Shown here piece after piece: positions 9,152 to 18,703 of a DNA stretch of 64,000 nt. The DNA is from a bacterium. Its GTDB lineage: Bacteria > JADJOY01. The notes under the pieces are model-generated. The model was not told the DNA's origin. It ran no database searches and was given only the letters and a program-made list of their open reading frames with translations. Position 1 is the first letter of the stretch, and every line of letters begins with the position of its first letter. The stretch spans positions 1-64,000 of the forward strand of contig JAXLQJ010000032.1 of the NCBI GenBank assembly GCA_046331705.1, read 5' to 3'. The position numbers were made by a program, and so were the translations under genes.

Positions 9152-10594
9152 TCACGATCCGGCGGGGCGATCCGCGCCGGCCTGGCGCAGCACGAACTGG
9201 GCGAAGCGGCGACGCGGCAGCCCGCGCCAACCCTTGGCCTTCCGCGCTTGCTTGAACTGCTCGACGATCGCTCCCAGGATGATCGCCAGGTTGCCGTCGC
9301 CGCGGTAGCGGATCTTGCCGGTCATCTGGGCGCGCATGAAGGGCAGCTTGCCGGAGAGCATGTCGAAGAGCACCGATTCCTTCAGGGTGACGGTGCCGTC
9401 GGCGAGCGGATCGAGGCCCGCGAGCATCTGGACGTCGCCGTCGTCGAGGCGGATGCGCCATTCGCTCGGGTGATCGCCGGTCAGCACCAGGTTGAGGGTG
9501 CCGCGCACGCCGCGCAGCTCGGCCCGCTCACGCCGGCTCACGGGGATCCGCCCGAGGGTGCGGGTGGTCGCGACGCCGAGGCCGAAGAGCACGCGCGTGG
9601 CGCGGCTCGCCGCCGCCGTGGGGCGCCGCGCGATGGCGCGCAGCACCGCCGCCGTCGAGTCGAAGCGCGGTGTCCAGCCGAGCTCGCGCCGGATCTTCTC
9701 CGACGACGCGACCAGCGGCAGGTCGGAAAACTCGGTCACCCACGCCGGATCGACGTCCACGAGACCGCGGCGGTACGCGAGCCCGTACGCGGCGATCGCC
9801 GCGCGCGGGATCGCGATCGAGGGTCTGCCGAGTGCCGCGCCCCAGCGGCACATCGGCAAGGGATCGTTGGCGGCCACGTTGTACGCACCGCGCGCCTCGC
9901 GCTCGAGCGCCAGCAGGAATGCCTCGACCACGTCGGATTCGTGGGTGACCTGAACCGGGACCGGCGGTCCGCTGGGATGGAGCACGGCAGGCGCACGCAG
10001 GCTCGCGACCCGCGCCGGGTCGGTTCGAGGCCCCAGGAAGAGCGTGGGCCGAAGTCGCGCCACCGCGATCTCCGGGTGCTCGGCGGCGAGCTCCGCGAGC
10101 ATCCGGTCGGTGATCGCCTTGTGACGCGTGTAATAGAAGCCCTCGTCGCCGTGGAGCGGCGCTTCCTCGGTCAGCGCGATCCCCTCGTTCTCCCGCCGAA
10201 CGCCGTAGGCACCCACGCTCGATGCGAACACCAGCTGCCGCACGCCGGCCGCGACGACGGCGTCGGCCACGTTGCGCGTGCCGCCGACGTTCACCGCCTC
10301 GGTGGTGCGCTCGTCGCGACTGCCGCGCTCGACGATGAACGCCAGGTGCAAGACCGCGTCGACGCCGGCGAGATGCCGGGCGAGGTCGGGGTCGCGAACG
10401 TCGGCGGCGACCCACGCGAGACGCGCATCGGTGCGATTACCGGCGCGGCGATCGATGGCCACGACGCGGTCCACGCTCTCGGCCGCGAGCAGTCGATCGA
10501 CGACCAGCCGGCCGAGGTTCCCCGCCGCACCCGTCACCGCGACCACTCGCCCCATTCGCTCGCTCCGATCTCCCGCGCGGCGGCGCGCGCTCAT
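9152..10594 (-). CDS. Extended SDR (NAD-dependent epimerase/dehydratase) fused to a C-terminal SCP2 sterol/lipid-binding domain
   Basis: TGAAGNLG, HLAF, SSVGAYG, YTRHK; C-terminus ADGTVTL...MLSGKL.FMRAQMTGKIRYRGD is SCP2-like; ATGA overlap with the upstream gene. Confidence 0.85.
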   Translation of the reverse strand: MSARRRAGDRSERMGRVVAVTGAAGNLGRLVVDRLLAAESVDRVVAIDRRAGNRTDARLAWVAADVRDPDLARHLAGVDAVLHLAFIVERGSRDERTTEAVNVGGTRNVADAVVAAGVRQLVFASSVGAYGVRRENEGIALTEEAPLHGDEGFYYTRHKAITDRMLAELAAEHPEIAVARLRPTLFLGPRTDPARVASLRAPAVLHPSGPPVPVQVTHESDVVEAFLLALEREARGAYNVAANDPLPMCRWGAALGRPSIAIPRAAIAAYGLAYRRGLVDVDPAWVTEFSDLPLVASSEKIRRELGWTPRFDSTAAVLRAIARRPTAAASRATRVLFGLGVATTRTLGRIPVSRRERAELRGVRGTLNLVLTGDHPSEWRIRLDDGDVQMLAGLDPLADGTVTLKESVLFDMLSGKLPFMRAQMTGKIRYRGDGNLAIILGAIVEQFKQARKAKGWRGLPRRRFAQFVLRQAGADRPAGS

Positions 10595-11484
10595 GCGTAG
10601 GCCGCCAGACGCGGCGTACGGCCCGCGGCGGCGAGCAACATGCCGAGCACGTAGCGCTGGCCCACCAGCCCCGAGCGGTACATCGGGTGCGCCAGCGCCG
10701 CTGGTGCGCGTCGCGGGATCGCGCTGACGCGCGCCAGATAGCGCCGCACCGTCTCGGGCTCGGTGGCGCGCACGTGCAGATCGCCGACGACCAGCTTCAT
10801 GGCCGCGAACGCGGTCAGCAGCGCGGCGAGCCCCGCCATCATCTGCGCGCGCCCGAGCAGGCGCCGCGCCAGCGAGCGATGCCCCACGAGCCGATCCAGC
10901 GCCGCCTCGGCGTCCGCGGCGGCGAAGAGCTGCCCCTTGCGATCGAGCAGCCAATAATCCATCGCGAGGTGCCGCGCCTCATCCTGGTCGATGCGGGTGA
11001 ACACCTCGTCCTGGAGCGGATCGCGCACCTGCTTGCGCAGGGTGGGGATCAGGATGCCGTCGAGGGCGAGCTCGAAGAGCACGATGATCGCCGCCGAGAA
11101 CTCGTGGACGCCGCGGTCGTCGCGCTCGAGGTCGCGAGAGAGGGCGTGGAACATCGCGCGCGTGGGCAGCGGCAGGTCGCGCCAGCGTGCTCCGTAGCGC
11201 CGCGCGAGCCGGATCTCGGCCTCGGCGTGGCGACACTCGTCCGCATCGAACAGCGTGTAGATCCGACGGGCGCGCTCGTCGTCGGCGAAGCGGGCGGCAA
11301 GCCGGAAGATGCGCGCGGCCTGCCGCTCGAGGCCGGCGGTGAAGAGCAGCGCCAGCCCTGCCTCGTGCCGCTGGCGGGGGCTCAACGCGTCGGCGCCCTC
11401 GAGTGGTGCGGACCAGTCGATCTCGTCGAGGGACCACTGACCCTTCCGGGTCTGCGACAGCATGTGATCGAGATCGAGGTTCAT
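10591..11484 (-). CDS. Ferritin-like diiron protein (AurF/desaturase-like superfamily)
   Basis: QWSLDEIDW N-terminus; ligand pattern E...DECRH...E...DEARH. Confidence 0.8.
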   Translation of the reverse strand: MNLDLDHMLSQTRKGQWSLDEIDWSAPLEGADALSPRQRHEAGLALLFTAGLERQAARIFRLAARFADDERARRIYTLFDADECRHAEAEIRLARRYGARWRDLPLPTRAMFHALSRDLERDDRGVHEFSAAIIVLFELALDGILIPTLRKQVRDPLQDEVFTRIDQDEARHLAMDYWLLDRKGQLFAAADAEAALDRLVGHRSLARRLLGRAQMMAGLAALLTAFAAMKLVVGDLHVRATEPETVRRYLARVSAIPRRAPAALAHPMYRSGLVGQRYVLGMLLAAAGRTPRLAAYA

Positions 11485-11527
11485 CGCGACCCTCCCGCTC
11501 ACCGCCTCGGCGCGGCTCGACCGGATC

Positions 11528-11647
11528 AAAAATCTACATGTTTGTATACTAACACTCGAGCCATCGCGGCGCAACCCGATCGGACCCGCGATACGGCTTG
11601 GCCACGCCGCACCGCGTTGCATCGAAAGCGCTGGATTTGTATATTTT
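11528..11647. promoter_or_regulatory. AT-rich divergent promoter region with candidate TetR operators
   Basis: TACA-N4-TGTA at 11535-11546. AAAATCTACA (11529-11538) and TGTATATTTT (11638-11647) are near-inverted copies. TTTGTATA occurs twice. Confidence 0.45.
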
Positions 11648-11651
11648 GCAC

Positions 11652-12431
11652 GTGCCCTCCCGTCGCGCGCGAACGGCCACCCCCGTGTCACGGCGCGCTC
11701 CCGAGCGCTCCCGGCTCCCCGCCGGCAGCGAGCGCCCGAGGGTGCCGCCGTCGCCCATCGTGGAGCTGGCCCTGGCGGGGCTGAGGAGCGCGGGACGCGG
11801 ATCCCCACGCCGACGCGGACGACCGGCCGCGGATTTCTCCGCCAGCGCCGAGATCCTTCAGGGCGCGGCGCTCGCGTTCGGGCGCCGGGGCTACGCCGAC
11901 ACCAGCGTCGAGGACATCCTCGCCGCGGCGCGCGTGTCACGCCGCACGTTCTACCGATTCTTCCGCAGCAAGGAGGACGTGTTCGAGCGGCTCTTCGAGG
12001 TCGCCTCGGCGCTCTTCCTCGAGTCCATCCGCCTCGCGGCGGCCTCCGCGAGCGACGCCTTCGAGAAAGCCGAGCGGTGCGTCGATGCCTATCTGCAGGT
12101 CCCCATCACCGCGGGCCCGATCTACCGCGTGTTCTACGTCGAGGCGATGCGGCCAGGGACGCGGCTCGAGGCACGCCGGCAGCAGGTCATCGACACGCTG
12201 ATCGGCTTGCTCGACGAGGAAGCGATCCGCGCCAAGCGCGGCCGCCTCGACCCGCTGCTCATCCGCGGGCTGGTGGCGGCGATGGAGAGCATCGCGCTGC
12301 ACCTGATCGTCGAGGGCAAGAGTGGCCCCGCCGAGCTGCTGCGCGCCAAGCGCGCGATGCTCAGGATCTTCCTCGCCACCCTCGCCCGCGAGGGGGAAAC
12401 GCCGCCGCCGATCCCGCTGTTGCCCGACTGA
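11652..12431 (+). CDS. TetR/AcrR family transcriptional regulator (start uncertain)
   Basis: GYADTSVEDILAAARVSRRTFYRFFRSKED helix-turn-helix. Confidence 0.9.
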   Translation: MPSRRARTATPVSRRAPERSRLPAGSERPRVPPSPIVELALAGLRSAGRGSPRRRGRPAADFSASAEILQGAALAFGRRGYADTSVEDILAAARVSRRTFYRFFRSKEDVFERLFEVASALFLESIRLAAASASDAFEKAERCVDAYLQVPITAGPIYRVFYVEAMRPGTRLEARRQQVIDTLIGLLDEEAIRAKRGRLDPLLIRGLVAAMESIALHLIVEGKSGPAELLRAKRAMLRIFLATLAREGETPPPIPLLPD

Positions 12432-12466
12432 AGCGTTCCCGCGCTCCGCACCGTGTCGGCACCGCC

Positions 12467-13279
12467 ATGACGCTCTCGACGACGATCCACTCGACGAGCC
12501 CCGCCGCGATGCAGGCGCTGGCGTGCGCGAGCTGCCACGGCGCGCTCGAGCCCGACGCGGGCACCTTGCGCTGCGGCGCGTGCGGACGCGCGTACCGCGC
12601 CCGTGCCGCGATCTGGGACTTCGCCCCCGAGATCCCGCCCCAGCACGGCCTCGCCCAGCGCTTCATGGAGGCGCCACCGATCGCGCGCATCTACGAGCGC
12701 TGGTTCCGTCCCACGCTGACGCGGCTGGTCGCTCCACTCACGTACGCCGACGAGGAGCGCTACCTGGATCGCTGGTTCCAGCCGAGCGACGGCGCGATCC
12801 TCGACCTCGCCTGCGGCACGGGGCGGTACACCCGCTGGCTGGCCGACCGCACCGACGACCGCCGCGTGCTGGGACTCGATCTCAGCCTGCCGATGCTGCG
12901 CGAGGCGCGCCGGCGCGCGCTCGCCGAAGGCCGCACGGATCTGGTGCTGGTGCGTGGGAGCGCGCTCGCGCTGCCGGTGGCGGACGATTCACTCGGCGCC
13001 GCTCATTCCTTCGGCGCCTTGCATCTGTTCCCGGACGCTGCGCTGGCGCTCGCCGAGATCGGCCGCACCTTGCGTCGCGGCGGCTCGTTCACGTGCTTGA
13101 CCACGCACGCCACCGCGAGCGCCTCCGGCGCTCCGCTGGAACGAGCGTTTGCGCGCGTCGCCGGCCTGCGGTTCTTCGCTCGCGCCGAGATCGAGCGCTG
13201 GCTCGCGGCAGCGCGCCTCGAGCTGCTCGACTTCACGGCGCGCGGCCGGATGGTGCTCTTCGCGTGCCGCAAGCCGTGA
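12467..13279 (+). CDS. Class I SAM-dependent methyltransferase with an N-terminal Cys4 zinc knuckle
   Basis: CASC...CGAC; LDLACGTG; GLDLSLPML; GALHLFPD. Confidence 0.88.
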   Translation: MTLSTTIHSTSPAAMQALACASCHGALEPDAGTLRCGACGRAYRARAAIWDFAPEIPPQHGLAQRFMEAPPIARIYERWFRPTLTRLVAPLTYADEERYLDRWFQPSDGAILDLACGTGRYTRWLADRTDDRRVLGLDLSLPMLREARRRALAEGRTDLVLVRGSALALPVADDSLGAAHSFGALHLFPDAALALAEIGRTLRRGGSFTCLTTHATASASGAPLERAFARVAGLRFFARAEIERWLAAARLELLDFTARGRMVLFACRKP

Positions 13280-13327
13280 GCCGCACGCCGAGCGACCGGA
13301 AACCGCCCGCCGGCGCGCTCGCCCCGC

Positions 13328-13765
13328 TCAGCCTCGCAGCACCCAGAGCGAGCCCAGCGTGAGCAGGAAATACGGCACCAGCGCCGCCGCGCCTGCATAG
13401 TCCTTGGCCATGCGCTGGCCGAAGAAGAGGCTCACGATCGCCACGTTCGCGAGAAGCGCACCGAGCCAGGCGACGCTCGTGCCGCCGAACAGCGCGCAGA
13501 CCGCACCCAGCGCCGATGCCGCGCCGGCCGCCACCTCGATCACCGTGATCGCGGCGAACATCCTGGGCACCAGCTCCTTGAGCGGCGAGCGCCCGAAATG
13601 GCTCTCCAGGAACTCGAGATTGCCCTTCGAGTCGAAGACCTTGTCGAGTCCCGACTGAAGGAAGAGGATGCCCAGGAACGCGGAGACCAGCACCTGGATG
13701 ACGCGCAGCGTGCTGTCCCCGCACGCGGCGCACGTCGCGAGCGCCACCATGAACGTCGAGCCCAT
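13328..13765 (-). CDS. DoxX-family membrane protein
   Basis: LFLQSGLDKVFD...FFGQRMAKDYAGAA; strong GGAGGAGG RBS upstream of the ATG. Confidence 0.85.
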   Translation of the reverse strand: MGSTFMVALATCAACGDSTLRVIQVLVSAFLGILFLQSGLDKVFDSKGNLEFLESHFGRSPLKELVPRMFAAITVIEVAAGAASALGAVCALFGGTSVAWLGALLANVAIVSLFFGQRMAKDYAGAAALVPYFLLTLGSLWVLRG

Positions 13766-15308
13766 CCGATCCTCCTCCGGCTCGTGCCGAGTCCCGAGCT
13801 CGAGCGAGCTTTGCCAACACGCTCCCCGCCGGCAAGCGACCGCGGCCGCGCAGCGTCAGGCACGCCGGTCCCCCGCCGCGCTGCTGACCGCAGCGGTGGC
13901 GCTGCTCGTGACGATCGGCGCTGGCTGCGCCGACGGCGGCGATGGCTCCGCCGCAACGAGCGAGCCGCCAGTGGGTGATCCGTCGTGGCTCGCGAAGGTG
14001 GACGAGAGCTACCACCTCGCCGGCGCGCGCATCACCGAGCAGAAGGACACCGCCGGCTATTTCCGCGACGTCTTCGCCGAGATCGATCGGCTGAAGGCGT
14101 TCTGGGCGGACGAGAACGCCACCCAGTTCGTCGATCGGCCGCGTTACACGTTGGAGCAGTGGCTGGTGCTCGTGAACCTGGGGGAGCCGTGGCGCAACGA
14201 GCTCTCGTGGCAGGGCGGCGTCCACCAGCGCGTGTACTTCCTGAACCGCTGGGGCGCCAAGCTCACCGGCGATCTATGGGGCCCGCCCGACCTCTTCGAG
14301 CGGCCCGAGCTCCATCCGCTGGTGGTGATCACCGACGGCTCGATCCAGGCGAGCGCGCGCATGTACTGGTGGGCGGCGCAGACGCTCGCCGAGGCGGGCT
14401 ACATCGCCCTCACGTACGACGTGCAGGGCCAGGGCGAGTCGGAGACCTTCGGTCATCGCGCCGACGGCTCGATCTGGTGCGGCGGCGCCAACCAACCGCC
14501 CGAGACCCTGCCCTTCTTGAAGGAGATCTCGGATTGTCCCGGCTTTCCCTTCCAGCAATCGGCGAATTTCGGCGGCGGTCACGTCGACGCCACCAACTGG
14601 GCGCTCGCGACGCCCGACGCTCCTCACGAGCTCGCTCGCGACGGCACCGGCAGCGAGCCCTGGAATCCGTGGTACGCGTACGTCGATCCCGAGCGCGTCG
14701 GCGCCGCGGGGCACTCGCTCGGCGCGGCGGCCGTCTCGTTCGTGCAGAGCCACCCCGAGCTGCTGCGCAAGCCCATCCGCGCCACGGTCGCCTGGGACGC
14801 CCTCTCCACCTGCGACGCTTTCGGCAGCACCTACGTCGGCACCTGCGAGCCCGCGGACGTGACGCGGCCCACGGCGCCCGCGCTCAACCTCACCAACGAT
14901 TACTTCCTGCCGCGTCGGATCGACGAGCTGCCGGACCCGAGCTCCGCCATCGCCGCCTTCGATCTGTGGCGCCAAGCGGGCCAGCCAGTGATGTCGTTCG
15001 CCCTCTCGTCGGGGACGCACCTCGAGTACACGGCCGGCCCGGTGCTGCCCGCCACGCGCTACGGCACCGAGATCGCCGCCCACTACACCCTTGCCTTCCT
15101 GGACCGCTATCTGCGCGGCGACGCGACCGCCAGCGAGCGGCTGCTGGCCCGCCGGATCTCGCTCGTCCACCGCGACCCGCGCGGCCAGCCCGAGAGCGCG
15201 CCCACGTCGCTCGACGTCGGCGAGCTGGCCTCCTACCTCTACTACTCGGCAGTGGACGTGGACGGGACCTGCTATCGCGATTGGCGCTATCGACGTGACC
15301 GGTGCTGA
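13749..15308 (+). CDS. Secreted alpha/beta hydrolase lipoprotein (start uncertain)
   Basis: Hydrophobic stretch ending GAG-C; YDVQGQGES; GHSLG nucleophile; GTHLEY His. Confidence 0.8.
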   Translation: MNVEPIRSSSGSCRVPSSSELCQHAPRRQATAAAQRQARRSPAALLTAAVALLVTIGAGCADGGDGSAATSEPPVGDPSWLAKVDESYHLAGARITEQKDTAGYFRDVFAEIDRLKAFWADENATQFVDRPRYTLEQWLVLVNLGEPWRNELSWQGGVHQRVYFLNRWGAKLTGDLWGPPDLFERPELHPLVVITDGSIQASARMYWWAAQTLAEAGYIALTYDVQGQGESETFGHRADGSIWCGGANQPPETLPFLKEISDCPGFPFQQSANFGGGHVDATNWALATPDAPHELARDGTGSEPWNPWYAYVDPERVGAAGHSLGAAAVSFVQSHPELLRKPIRATVAWDALSTCDAFGSTYVGTCEPADVTRPTAPALNLTNDYFLPRRIDELPDPSSAIAAFDLWRQAGQPVMSFALSSGTHLEYTAGPVLPATRYGTEIAAHYTLAFLDRYLRGDATASERLLARRISLVHRDPRGQPESAPTSLDVGELASYLYYSAVDVDGTCYRDWRYRRDRC

Positions 15309-15393
15309 CGTCGGGCGTCGCCGCAAGGGCGCGCGCCAGACGGCTGAGGACGCGCGAATCCTCGGGCGGAATCGAGAATCGCAGCGGGGTTCG

Positions 15394-15422
15394 TTCCGAC
15401 GACGCGAAAGCTCTCGTATACT
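15394..15422 (+). promoter_or_regulatory. Candidate sigma70 promoter for the aldo/keto reductase gene
   Basis: TTCCGA-17 nt-TATACT, about 40 nt upstream of ATG 15462. Confidence 0.45.
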
Positions 15423-15461
15423 GGCGGCTCACACGAGCCACGGAATGATCGACAGAACCTC

Positions 15462-16592
15462 ATGGTGAACGGCAAGGCAACGGCCAAGGGCACGGCGCGT
15501 TTCGCGAGCCGGTGTCTGGCCCAAGCGCCCGAGGCCGACCCCAAGCCGCCTCATATCGCGCATTTCCGGCTCACCCCCGGCGACGGTCTCACGCTCTCCT
15601 CGATCGGCCTCGGTACCTACCTCGGCAGCCCGGACCCGGCCACGGATCGCGGCTACGCCGAGTGCATGCGGCTCGCGTTCGCGCGTGGCTGCAACGTGGT
15701 CGATACCGCCATCAACTACCGCTTCCAGCGCAGCGAGCGAGCCGTGGGCACGGCGCTCGCCGAGCTGATCCGCGGCAAGCAGGTGTCGCGCGACGAGGTC
15801 TTCGTCTCCACGAAGGGCGGCTACGTCCCCTTCGACGGCCGTCGCCCCGGCGACGGCGAGCAATGGATCGAAGAGGCGTTCGTGCGCACCGGCATCGCGC
15901 GGCGCGAGGATTTCGTGGGGACTCACTGCATCGCCCCCGCGTACCTGCGCGATCAGATCGCCGCGAGCCGCCAGAATCTGGGGCTCGATCGCATCGATCT
16001 CTACTACGTCCACAATCCCGAGGGTCAACGCCCGATCGTCGGCCCCAAGGAGTTCACGCGCAAGATGCACCTCGCCTTCGAGGAGATGGAGGCGGCGGTG
16101 GGGCGCGGCGAGATCACCAGCTACGGCACCGCCACCTGGAACGGCTTCCGTCAGCCGCCCACCGCCCGCGAGCACCTCTCGCTCGCCGAGTTGGTGACCA
16201 TCGCGCGCACCGTGGGTGGCAACAAGCACCATTTCCGGGCCGTGCAGGCGCCGCTCAACGTGAAGATGCCCGAGCTGATCCGCGGCAAGACCCAGGAGGT
16301 CGACGGGGACCGGATGTCGCTGCTCGAGGCGGCCGAGCGGCTGCACATCGCGGTGTTCGCGAGCGCCTCGATCCACCAGGGACGCCTCGCCGCCGGGCTC
16401 GATCGAAACGTGAAGCGCTACTGCACGGGACTCTCGACCGACGCGCAACGGGCGCTGCAGCTGGTGCGCTCGGCTCCCGGCCTCACCACGGCGCTGGTCG
16501 GCATGAGCGATCCCGAGCACGCGCTCGAGAACCTGCTGCTCGCGTCGATCGCGCCGATGGACGCCAAAGCCGCCCTGCCCGCCTTCCGCTGA
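15462..16592 (+). CDS. Aldo/keto reductase
   Basis: SIGLGTYLG, DTAINYR..SE, STKGG, DLYYVHNPE. Confidence 0.9.
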   Translation: MVNGKATAKGTARFASRCLAQAPEADPKPPHIAHFRLTPGDGLTLSSIGLGTYLGSPDPATDRGYAECMRLAFARGCNVVDTAINYRFQRSERAVGTALAELIRGKQVSRDEVFVSTKGGYVPFDGRRPGDGEQWIEEAFVRTGIARREDFVGTHCIAPAYLRDQIAASRQNLGLDRIDLYYVHNPEGQRPIVGPKEFTRKMHLAFEEMEAAVGRGEITSYGTATWNGFRQPPTAREHLSLAELVTIARTVGGNKHHFRAVQAPLNVKMPELIRGKTQEVDGDRMSLLEAAERLHIAVFASASIHQGRLAAGLDRNVKRYCTGLSTDAQRALQLVRSAPGLTTALVGMSDPEHALENLLLASIAPMDAKAALPAFR

Positions 16593-16628
16593 GGCGGTCG
16601 CGGCCAAGCCGAGCGGATCGCGTCGCGC

Positions 16629-18176
16629 TCAGCGAAACGCCGCGGCCAGCGCCGGCGCGATCAGGCCGAAGAAGTCCACCTTCGGGCGGAATCGGAACAC
16701 CAGCCCGCCGAGGGAGGCGAACACGCGCCCCAGCATCACGAAATGCTGCGGCACGTGGGCGATCGGGTTGGCCTGCACCAGCTCGAGCATGCGCCGCATC
16801 TCCGCCTCGGGGTCGAGCGTCGCCAGGTCGAGCCCGCCCTTGGCGCGGAACACGTCGAGGAACATGTCGGCCATCTTCGCCAGCGCTTGCGGATCGTCGC
16901 CGCGGGAGCGAAAGCCGAGCTGGTCGAGGAGCGCGGCGACCTGCTCGCCGCTGCCGCCCAGCACCGCACCGGCGAGCGCGGCGTACGCGCGTCTGAGCTC
17001 GGGTGGATACGTGACCACGCAGCCGAAATCGAAGATCGCGAGCCGGGGGCCGGGAAGCACCAGGAAATTCCCGGGGTGCGGGTCGGCGTGGAAGGCGCCG
17101 TGCTCGAGAACCTGGGTGCAGAACGAGCCGATCAGCGTGGCGAAGAGCCGATCGCGATCGGCCTCGCCCTCGGCGCCGCGGGTCTCGCACGCCTCCAGAT
17201 AGGGCACCAGCCGCTCTCCATCGACGCGCTCGAGGGTCAGCACGCGACGCGCCGTGAGCTGCGGGTGGACGCGCGGAACGCGCACCGTCGGGTGCTCGGC
17301 GAAGCGCGCCGCGAACGCGGCGGCGCGCTCCGCCTCGTCCGAGAAATCGAGCTCCTCGCGGATCGCGCGATCGATCTCGTCCGCGATCGACACGAGATCG
17401 AGCTGGGGAAAGAGCTCGCCGAGGAGTGGCGCGAGGACCTTGAACGCCGCGAGATCCGTGTCGACGTCGCGGGCGACGCCGGGCACCTGCACCTTCACCA
17501 CCACGCGCGTCCCATCGGCCAGCTCGGCGCCGTGGACCTGCGCCAGCGATGCCGCCGCGATCGGCTCGCGCTCGAAGGCCCGAAAGAGCGCGTCGGGAGG
17601 CCCGCCGAGCTCGGATTCGATGGTGGCGGCGATGGCCTCGAACGGGATCGGCGGCACCCGATCCTGGAGCCCGGCGAGCCGCTCCACCCACGGTTCGGGC
17701 AGCAGATCGACGCGGCTGGACGCGAACTGGCCGAGCTTCAAGAGCCCGCCGCGCAGCTCCGTGCAGAGCCGGTAGAAGCGCTCGGCCTCGCGCTCGTGCA
17801 ACCGCTCCAGCGAGCGTGCGCGCGCCTCGGGCGTCAGCCACTCGGCCTTGAGCGCGTGCACCCGGTAAGCGGCGGCGATCTTGAGCACGTCGCCCACGAT
17901 GCGCGCGAAGCGCGGGCTCGCGCGCCAGGCGGCGCGCAGCCCCACCGAGCGCCGCGCCAGCAGCGTGTAGAGCGATTGCGCGTCCGCCGCCACGGCGGAG
18001 GTGTCGCCGAGCGCGTCCGTCACCAGGCGATCGACGTTCGAGAGCACGTTCGCCGCGAGCGCGCTCGAGGCCCCCACCAGGCGCGCGCCGAGGGCGATGC
18101 CCCGGAGCGTCTGGTCGAGCCACGGCGGCATCGGATACCCGGTCTCCGGATCACGCGTCGTCGTGGTCGTGGTCAT
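16629..18176 (-). CDS. AarF/ABC1/UbiB family atypical kinase
   Basis: LKLGQ, IAAASLAQVH, VVVKVQ, EELDF, FHADPHPGN, DFG. Confidence 0.93.
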   Translation of the reverse strand: MTTTTTTRDPETGYPMPPWLDQTLRGIALGARLVGASSALAANVLSNVDRLVTDALGDTSAVAADAQSLYTLLARRSVGLRAAWRASPRFARIVGDVLKIAAAYRVHALKAEWLTPEARARSLERLHEREAERFYRLCTELRGGLLKLGQFASSRVDLLPEPWVERLAGLQDRVPPIPFEAIAATIESELGGPPDALFRAFEREPIAAASLAQVHGAELADGTRVVVKVQVPGVARDVDTDLAAFKVLAPLLGELFPQLDLVSIADEIDRAIREELDFSDEAERAAAFAARFAEHPTVRVPRVHPQLTARRVLTLERVDGERLVPYLEACETRGAEGEADRDRLFATLIGSFCTQVLEHGAFHADPHPGNFLVLPGPRLAIFDFGCVVTYPPELRRAYAALAGAVLGGSGEQVAALLDQLGFRSRGDDPQALAKMADMFLDVFRAKGGLDLATLDPEAEMRRMLELVQANPIAHVPQHFVMLGRVFASLGGLVFRFRPKVDFFGLIAPALAAAFR

Positions 18177-18645
18177 CGCTGAGCTCCTCCTTCAGGCATT
18201 TGGGGCAGATCACGGTGCGCGGACCGGGCACCTCGCGAACCGCGACGGCGCCCTTGCTGCCCTTCGCCAGGATCTTGTTGCAGCGCTCGCAGACCGCGTT
18301 CACGGCCAACATCGACTCCTGCCAACCCACGATCGGGCTCGGCGACGCGGTGGGCGCGGCGCGAACGCGGCCCTGGCCGGAGACGCGCGCGTCGGCGTGC
18401 GTGGCGCGCGCTTTGGGCTCCGGCTCGCCGCGCGCCGAGCGCGCGATGTTGGCGCTGTCGGAGAGCACGTCCTCGACCAGCCCGAACGTGTTGAGCAGGA
18501 TGTTGCGCACCAGGTTCGACACCGAGAGCCCCAGGCTCGCGGCCTTGGTGCGCAGCTCCTGGTCGAGGGTCTCCGAGATGCGCGCGTGGAGCACCTTTTC
18601 CTTGAGCTCGCGCTCGTCTTTCTCGTCCCGTTCGTCCGCTGCCAT
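18151..18645 (-). CDS. Small protein with an N-terminal ribbon-helix-helix-like segment and a C-terminal Cys4 motif
   Basis: KVLHARISETLDQELRTKAASLGLSVSNLVRNIL; CERC...CPKC. Confidence 0.75.
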   Translation of the reverse strand: MAADERDEKDERELKEKVLHARISETLDQELRTKAASLGLSVSNLVRNILLNTFGLVEDVLSDSANIARSARGEPEPKARATHADARVSGQGRVRAAPTASPSPIVGWQESMLAVNAVCERCNKILAKGSKGAVAVREVPGPRTVICPKCLKEELSDDHDHDDA

Positions 18646-18703
18646 CCGTCGGCCTCCGAAGTATCACGTTGTGACACATTGATCGCACATGTAACACGAG
18701 CCG

